A stretch of 63,753 bases of DNA, counting the filler, from Ministeria vibrans ATCC 50519 (Eukaryota; Protista; Filasterea), in the NCBI GenBank assembly GCA_943704425.1. It is 5 parts of 5 records of this genome, joined end to end, with 100 filler letters (N's around TTAATTAATTAA, not from the genome) between each part and the next. Parts side by side here need not be neighbours in the genome. Positions count along the whole stretch, not along the records: positions 35,190 to 62,517 come from CALSCP010002595.1; positions 62,618 to 63,753 come from CALSCP010001371.1; 3 more parts are not named here. One strand, given 5' to 3'. The notes beneath the pieces were generated by a model that had not been told where the DNA came from, ran no database searches, and was given only the letters and a program-made list of their open reading frames with translations. The first letter of the stretch is position 1. Every line of letters starts with the position of its first letter. The translations under genes and the position numbers were made by a program. This document shows, piece after piece, positions 57,525-63,753 of this stretch.

Positions 57525-57701
57525 AATAAAATAATGATAATAATAAAAATAATTATAATTATAATAATACTAATAATAAGAAATTCATAAGACGTAGAAC
57601 CTCACAATAAAATAATAATAATAATAATAATGATAATAATAATAAAACAATAATAATAAGACGTTCATTATAAATTGATATCATTACTTCAATTGTTTTG
57701 G

Positions 57702-60700
57702 TTAAACCGTGTAAAGAAACACAAAGCGAACGGTGAAGTAAAGCACACAGAGGAAGAGGAAAGTAGAGATGAAATCAACAAAGGACATGGGCTCAAGGCA
57801 ACGAATGCGAGCGCCGCAGGGAGCACCGACAGACGGGCGCTCGGTGTGGAAAACACCGGTGGAGTGTAGGAGAGAGTCCGGGATGGCCATGGACAGATCG
57901 TTGAGACGCTGGAAAGGAAATTATTGATGTTAATTGATGCGTTGTTATGATTTTTTTTGACTGTCTGACTTTGATTGCATGTGAGTGTGAGTAGCAATCA
58001 AGGTAGGAGAGAGGACCGCCAATGTGGGGAGGATAGCCCATTGCCATGACCATCAGCGCATCAATAGACGCAGCATCATCAACAACACCTAGAGCCAATT
58101 GAAAAAACGAAAAGTTGCGTCCGTGTCAGTTATACAATAGCGTCATGTTGATAATGACCTTGATCAAGACAGCGCACTGCTTCAACCGACATTGCAAGCA
58201 TGAGAGCATCACACACGTCCGCATGCGTCCACACGCGACTCGCACGCCCGTTCTTCACCAGTGCCCGTAGCAGCGGATTCTCTTCTTTCTTCTTCTTGCT
58301 CTTTTTCTTGAGCTTGTCCGTCACATAAAATCCGCCTTTGTCACTCTGGTCGCCTGTGCATCCATTCTCAACCAACATTGTCAAAGCGCGACCCATCTCA
58401 CTCTCAACCATATCCTATCCACCCGAAAAATAATAAAGAAGGAAAAAACAAACAAAACAAACAACAAACAATGCAAACAAAGAAACAAAGAAACAAACAA
58501 TCCAGCAGACCATGAAAACATCAGTTAAAATGAAAACATCTGTTAAAATGTACGAATTGATGTACCGGATTAAAATTGCGCGCAACATCCGTTGCAACGA
58601 CCAACCCAATGCTATCGAGAATGCCAAACGGCCCTTGACCAAACCCAACTGAGCGCATTGCCTCATCCACTCGCACAATCCCCAACCCCTCACCAAACGC
58701 CAATTCAATTGCTATATACAACAATAACATACAAATGAATCAACCAATCAGTGACAGAGCAGCGACATGGCCGCAGATGGTACCTTTCTGATACCATTGT
58801 GACGCAATGCGGTTCACCACAAACCCTTTGTAGTCTCGACAGAGCACAGGTGTCTTCCCAATGCGCTCTGCAATCACTGCTGCACTCGCAATTGACTCAC
58901 TCACTCTCTCACTCATTCCTTCACTCTAATGGGTCGATTATTATTATTATTATTAGTATTAGTATTAATATTATAATATACCTTTGAGGGATTAACAACT
59001 TCGACAATGGGAGTAATGTTTCGGTTTGGATTGAAAAAGTGTAGTCCGACAATTTGATCTTTATGTTTTGCCTTCAAAACACCAAAACAAAAGAAAGTAT
59101 TAGTACTCCTTCGTAGTACCTTCGTGCTTAGTATAATAATAATTAAAGATAACCTTTGAAGCGATTTCGCGAATGGAAAGCGAGGAAGTATTTGAGGCAA
59201 TAACACGATGAGAAGAATTAGGAAGAGCCTGAAGTTGATCGACAACGCTCTGTTTGACCGAGAGAGACTCAGTGACACACTCAATGACAAGAGAGCACTG
59301 CTCCAGCGCACTCCACTCGTGTGCAATGGTCAGTCGAGTGCGGATCAGCTCGTCTGCTTCACTGCTGCTCATGCTCCGCTTCTTCACCACCAAGTAGTCA
59401 AAGAGACTGCGGATCAGCCCAATTGCATTCTCTCGGGCCTTTGCATTACAGTCAAACACTACCGAAAAAAGAAAAAGAAAAATCACACACAGACAGTCAC
59501 ACATCTCTCTCGCATCTCGTACACACAACATTGGTTTTGCGATGGATCAGTGCCTGTGCAATCCCACGGCCCATAAACCCTGCGCCCACAACTCCCACAC
59601 ACTCCAGTGCGCCCACTGTACCCTCACTCACTATCCCATTGGCTGTCACTGCCTGTCAAATACACGATTGTTATTATATAAATTGTGCAATGGAGCACAC
59701 ACCGCATCATGTACCTGTTTTTTAAGTTCGCGCGTTTTCAAAAAGAGCGAGGTGAACACTTTGCACTCGTGCGTGACACACACATCGCCAAAGGCGTCTG
59801 ACTCAATGCGAGCAGCAGCGTCGCGGTCAGGAGCAGCAAAAGCAGCAAGGGCTGTATCAAGGATGGCGTAGGGGGAGGGATAGCGCCCTTTGGTGGTGTG
59901 CCACAGCTGACGTTGCGTGAGCAGACGGATTGCTTGACGTTCCAACCTATGTAACGGGAGTAGAATCTTTTGTGGTGAGACATGTGTGGTGTGTATATGG
60001 TATTGTGTGTGTATAAGTCTCTGCTTATAATTTGGATTGGGTGTGCGGGCGATACCAGAGCTTTCCGGAGAGAAGTTGAGGGTATTTGTTGGCGGTGTTG
60101 AAGAAAAAGTGACGGGCAGAAGGATCGCGCCAAAAGGGCTCGACAAATGGAAGGTACCAGCCGGCGGTAGACTCGTCGGCGGCGTCTGCTTGTGATTTGG
60201 TGGGGACGTGGTCGATGATGCCCAGGCGTTGGCCCTTTTCGGCGTTGAAGGTCGAGCCAGCAAGGAGCAGGGGCAGTGCGCTGAGGAGACCGATGAGGCG
60301 CGGTAGACGCACACAGCCTCCGCCGCCGGGCAGGAGGCCAAGTTTCACTTCGGGCAGACCGATTTGAGTTGCGTGCGGCAGAGCGACGCGGTAGGTACAG
60401 GCGAGGGCGATCTCAAGGCCGCCTACACAAATGGCAATAATTAGTGCGTTGATCCGATCAAAGTCCAAAGAGAACAAGTGCAAAAGAAGAGGAGAAAAAG
60501 AGCAGCACCTCCAAGGCACACTCCATTGATGAGGGCCACGGAGGGCACGTCAAGCGTCTCAAAGCGGTCGAGGGCCTCCTTGAGGCGTGCTGAGTCGGTT
60601 GCAGCTGCGGTGCGATCAGTCAGCGCCATTTCCAGTGCAATGTCCGCTCCCGCCAGGAAACTCTGCCGTTTCGAGGACGTCACGACGACAAAGTCACGAC

Positions 60701-60875
60701 CCACTTCAACATGGGGCTCCAGGTGCTCCATGGCGTTGATCATGGCCTTCCCAAATGCTTCGTCGACAATGTTGTGCTGTGACGACGGATGGTGCATCAG
60801 GAGGGCCCACGCGCGCACGCCGTCGTCCAACTCGTGGCCCACCACGCTCACGTAATCGTCAGAATACGAGTACAT
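57702..60875 (-). CDS. Beta-oxidation multifunctional enzyme (enoyl-CoA hydratase + 3-hydroxyacyl-CoA dehydrogenase; FadJ/HADHA-like)
   Basis: FLAGADI, GGLEIALAC, IGLPEVKLGLLPGGGG, GRYPSP, VGVVGAQGFMGRGIA, VIECVTE, IASNTSSL, VGLHFFNP, MGYP..GGPL. Confidence 0.9.
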
Positions 60876-61003
60876 GGCAAAAACAACGATACTAAGTCTG
60901 GATTTATTATTTATTTGAGTGCGATCGATTACGTTGAAAGTTCATCAGTTCACTTTCAATTGAGTGACAAAAAATCAAAAAATTATTCATACTCAGTAGT
61001 TCG

Positions 61004-62408
61004 ATGGACCGCTTTACATGGGCGCACGTCCTTGAATCGGGTGATCTTGCGGTGGCATTTGAGGAGCGTGAACTGTGTCGTGCGACTCAGGTTGCGCTGT
61101 ACGACGGCGAAGTGAAGAGCCACTTTGAAGGAGGTATCTGCACGCTGACGACGCACCGGCTGTGCTGGATTGATGGCCCTGCTGTGCGTTTTGCCAAGCG
61201 TGCCCTCACCATGCCCCTGTCGATGATTAAAAGCGTCGAGAGCAAGGTAGAGAAGGGAGACGAAAAACGCAACAAGTGTACTAATGAGTGTCTGTCTTTG
61301 TGGTGTATGTGTGTGTGTGTGTCTGTCTGTCTTTGTGGTGTATGTGTGTGTGTGTGTGTGTGTCTGTCTTTGTGGTGTATGTATGTGTGTGTGTGTGTCT
61401 GTCTTTGTGGTGTATGTATGTGTGTGTGTGTCTGTCTTTGTGGTGTATGTGTGTGTGTGTGTGTGTCTGTCTTTGTGATGTATGTGTTTGTGTGTGTCTG
61501 TCTTTGTGATGTATGTGTGTGTGTCTGTCTTTGTGGTGTATGTGTGTGTGTGTGTCTGTCTTTGTGGTGTATGTGTATGTGTGTAGCCTGGCTTTCTCCG
61601 TTCTAGTCCCAAGCTGTTTCTCTTTCTGGGGCCTGTCAGCGACTCCCGTGCTCCCGGGCCGGTCGCGCCCAACAATTGCAACACACACATTCGCCTGTCG
61701 TTTCGCAACGGGGGCCATACGGCGTTTGAGGATGCTGTCCATCGGGCGCTCAACGCAGCCCAAGAGGCACGACAACAGCAACAACAACAGCAACAAGAAG
61801 CCGGACCAGTGCCAAGCGTATCTCGAACTCCGCAGCATCCCATGGTGGGTGTGGGTGTGGGTGCGATTATGCAGAACATGGCACAGCAGCGCGCCAAGAC
61901 GGACGCCACAATCGACGACGCCTTTCGGGATCTGGATGCACTCATGAAACACGCCCAGAAGATGGTCGAGCTAGCACAGCGGTTTACAACGAAACTAGAG
62001 CGCAGTAACAGTACAGCGGCGATGACATCATCAGCATCGTCATCAGGAGAGGGCGATCGAGTGAGCGACGCGGAAGCAGAGCTCTTTCGCGAGTACACAC
62101 TCAATCTGGGCATTGCGGAGCCAGTCACACGCGCCACACACGGTACACACAATTCACCACCACCACCACCACTATCACCATCATCATCATTATCATCCTC
62201 CTCATCATCGTCATCATCACTCATATCTGCCTGTTGGGGTGTCCTATTTGTAGGCACAGGAAAATCGTTTCACAGTGAGCTGTCCAAGCAACTGGCGAGT
62301 TTCCTGGCTGGGCCCCTCGAGCGAATGGGCGGACTGGTTGCGCTCACCGACGCGTACTGTCTCTTTAATCGCGCGCGCGGGACCGAACTCATTTCTCCTG
62401 AAGATCTG
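61004..62408 (+). CDS. VPS36: ESCRT-II subunit Vps36, 3' truncated
   Basis: GLUE domain (VALYDGE...LTTHRLCW, SSPKL, IRLSFRNGG), DAFRDLDALMKHAQKMV, LGIAEPVTR, GGLVALTDAYCLFNRARGTELISPEDL. Confidence 0.95.
61288..61585. repeat. Compound (TG)n / TGTCTTTGTGGTG minisatellite in a VPS36 intron
   Basis: About ten imperfect units seen directly. Confidence 0.88.
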
Positions 62409-62457
62409 GTAAGCAGAAAACATGAGAGAATTAATGCGAATACTGAATGAGTTATGA

Positions 62458-62517
<60 letters not shown>

Positions 62518-62617
62518 NNNNNNNNNNNNNNNNNNNNNNNNNNNNNNNNNNNNNNNNNNNNTTAATTAATTAANNNNNNNNNNNNNNNNNNNNNNNNNNN
62601 NNNNNNNNNNNNNNNNN
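62518..62617. other. Artificial contig spacer
   Basis: Ns + TTAATTAATTAA + Ns. Confidence 0.97.
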
Positions 62618-63753
62618 AGTGGATTTCGTGTAGGTACCAGCCGCACAATTCTTGCACGCGGACTGACCATATTGGTCCTGGTACTTGCCGGCACTGCATG
62701 CAACGCGGGTCTGCAAAATAAACAAGTTAAACAAGCAAAATCGCTCCTTTTGCTATAATTAATACCTTTCCGCCACCTTCACAGTAGTAACCCTTGGTGC
62801 ATTTGTCGCCGCTATCGTCGCAACTCTTCTCTCCATCAAAAGTGTACTTTCCTGTTGTAAAGACCAACCGAGGATCAGCAATGTTCGTAAAATATCTATA
62901 TAAGAAGGATTGTCGTCGCACCAGCTGAGCAGTCGGAGCAAGATGTCGAGCCGGTGTTCTTCTGATACTTTCCTGCCGGACAGTTCTTGCAAGACGATTG
63001 CTGCTTCTGATCAGTGTACTTTCCGGTGGGGCAAGCGTAAATGTTCTGGAAATAAGAGAGAAGAACTTTAAAACGACAGAAGTGCTGACAAATACGTAAG
63101 AGGCACATACATAGCCATAGCCAGGACAATACGAACCAGTAGGACACTGGTTGGCGGCGTTTTTGCACGACTTGTCACCCGACGAGGGTGTATAGTAGCC
63201 AGGCGAACAGTTGGAGCATCCAGTGGAGCCTGATGAAGACGCGTACTTGCCGGCGGGGCAATCCTTGCACGAAGAGTAGCCATAGCCCGAGGCATAGCGA
63301 CCTGAAAACGCAATGCAGTTGAGTGACATTGCTGACTTCATTCGTTCTTACCAGTTGGACAATAGCTACACGAGGTTCCAGCACTGCTACCTTGATACCG
63401 ACCAGTAGGGCACCATGGGCACGATGTCTGAGCGTATTTTCCGTTATACCGACCAGCCGGACAGTCCTTGCACGCGTATTGGCCGCCTGAGTTTTGGTAC
63501 TTTCCCTTGGTACAAGACGATCGCTACGGAAAAATACAGTAAATTATAGTGGAAAAACAGAAAGATGCACACAGACACAATGATACCCACTTTAACAAGC
63601 AAATGTAATATTACCGATCCTTTAGAGCCACCGTTACAGTAGTATCCGGAGGGACACTTGGAGCACCACCACTTCTTGGCGCCGCGATCTGACTTGCTGT
63701 TGTACCAGCCAGCGTAGTATCCTTTGTAGTCGTCGCACTTGTCACGCTGCAGG
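62618..63753 (-). CDS. Fragment of a Cys-rich repeat (GCC2/GCC3, ephrin-receptor-like) surface protein, multi-exon
   Basis: Repeats such as CKDCPAGKYASSSGSTGCSNCSPGYY, CPTGKYTDQKQQSSCKNCPAGKYQ and CTKGYYC, separated by short GT-AG introns. Confidence 0.75.

Overview
Eukaryotic, intron-rich, gene-dense DNA made of five contigs joined artificially by N-run/TTAATTAATTAA spacers (10033-10132, 29496-29595, 35090-35189, 62518-62617). Adjacency across those joins means nothing. Gene content (dysbindin, PARI-like, TPC3-like, a cadherin receptor with pTyr/PDZ-type tail motifs, centriole/flagellar genes) and a very divergent 28S rDNA suggest a unicellular holozoan-like protist (inference). Contig 1: an intronic C/D snoRNA cluster, dysbindin, WDR7 and a partial PKA catalytic subunit. 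Contig 2: a CFAP119-like flagellar gene whose first exon is split by an intact 3.3-kb hAT transposon (26-bp TIRs, 8-bp TSD), AVL9, an apparent SPX-domain/NagD-type HAD phosphatase fusion, a two-pore channel, and the 3' end of an rDNA unit with two candidate Pol I terminators. Contig 3: MAU2-like (partial) and an ARM-repeat gene. Contig 4: a >4,000-aa LamG/Sushi/lectin-like/cadherin membrane receptor, PISD, RMND1, LRRCC1, PARPBP, a beta-oxidation multifunctional enzyme and VPS36. Contig 5: a fragment of a Cys-rich repeat gene. Best novelty candidates are the SPX-HAD fusion, the giant cadherin, the transposon hit in CFAP119, and snoRNA guides that match this window's own divergent 28S. All family calls come from motif recognition by eye and all splice models are manual; no database searches were run.
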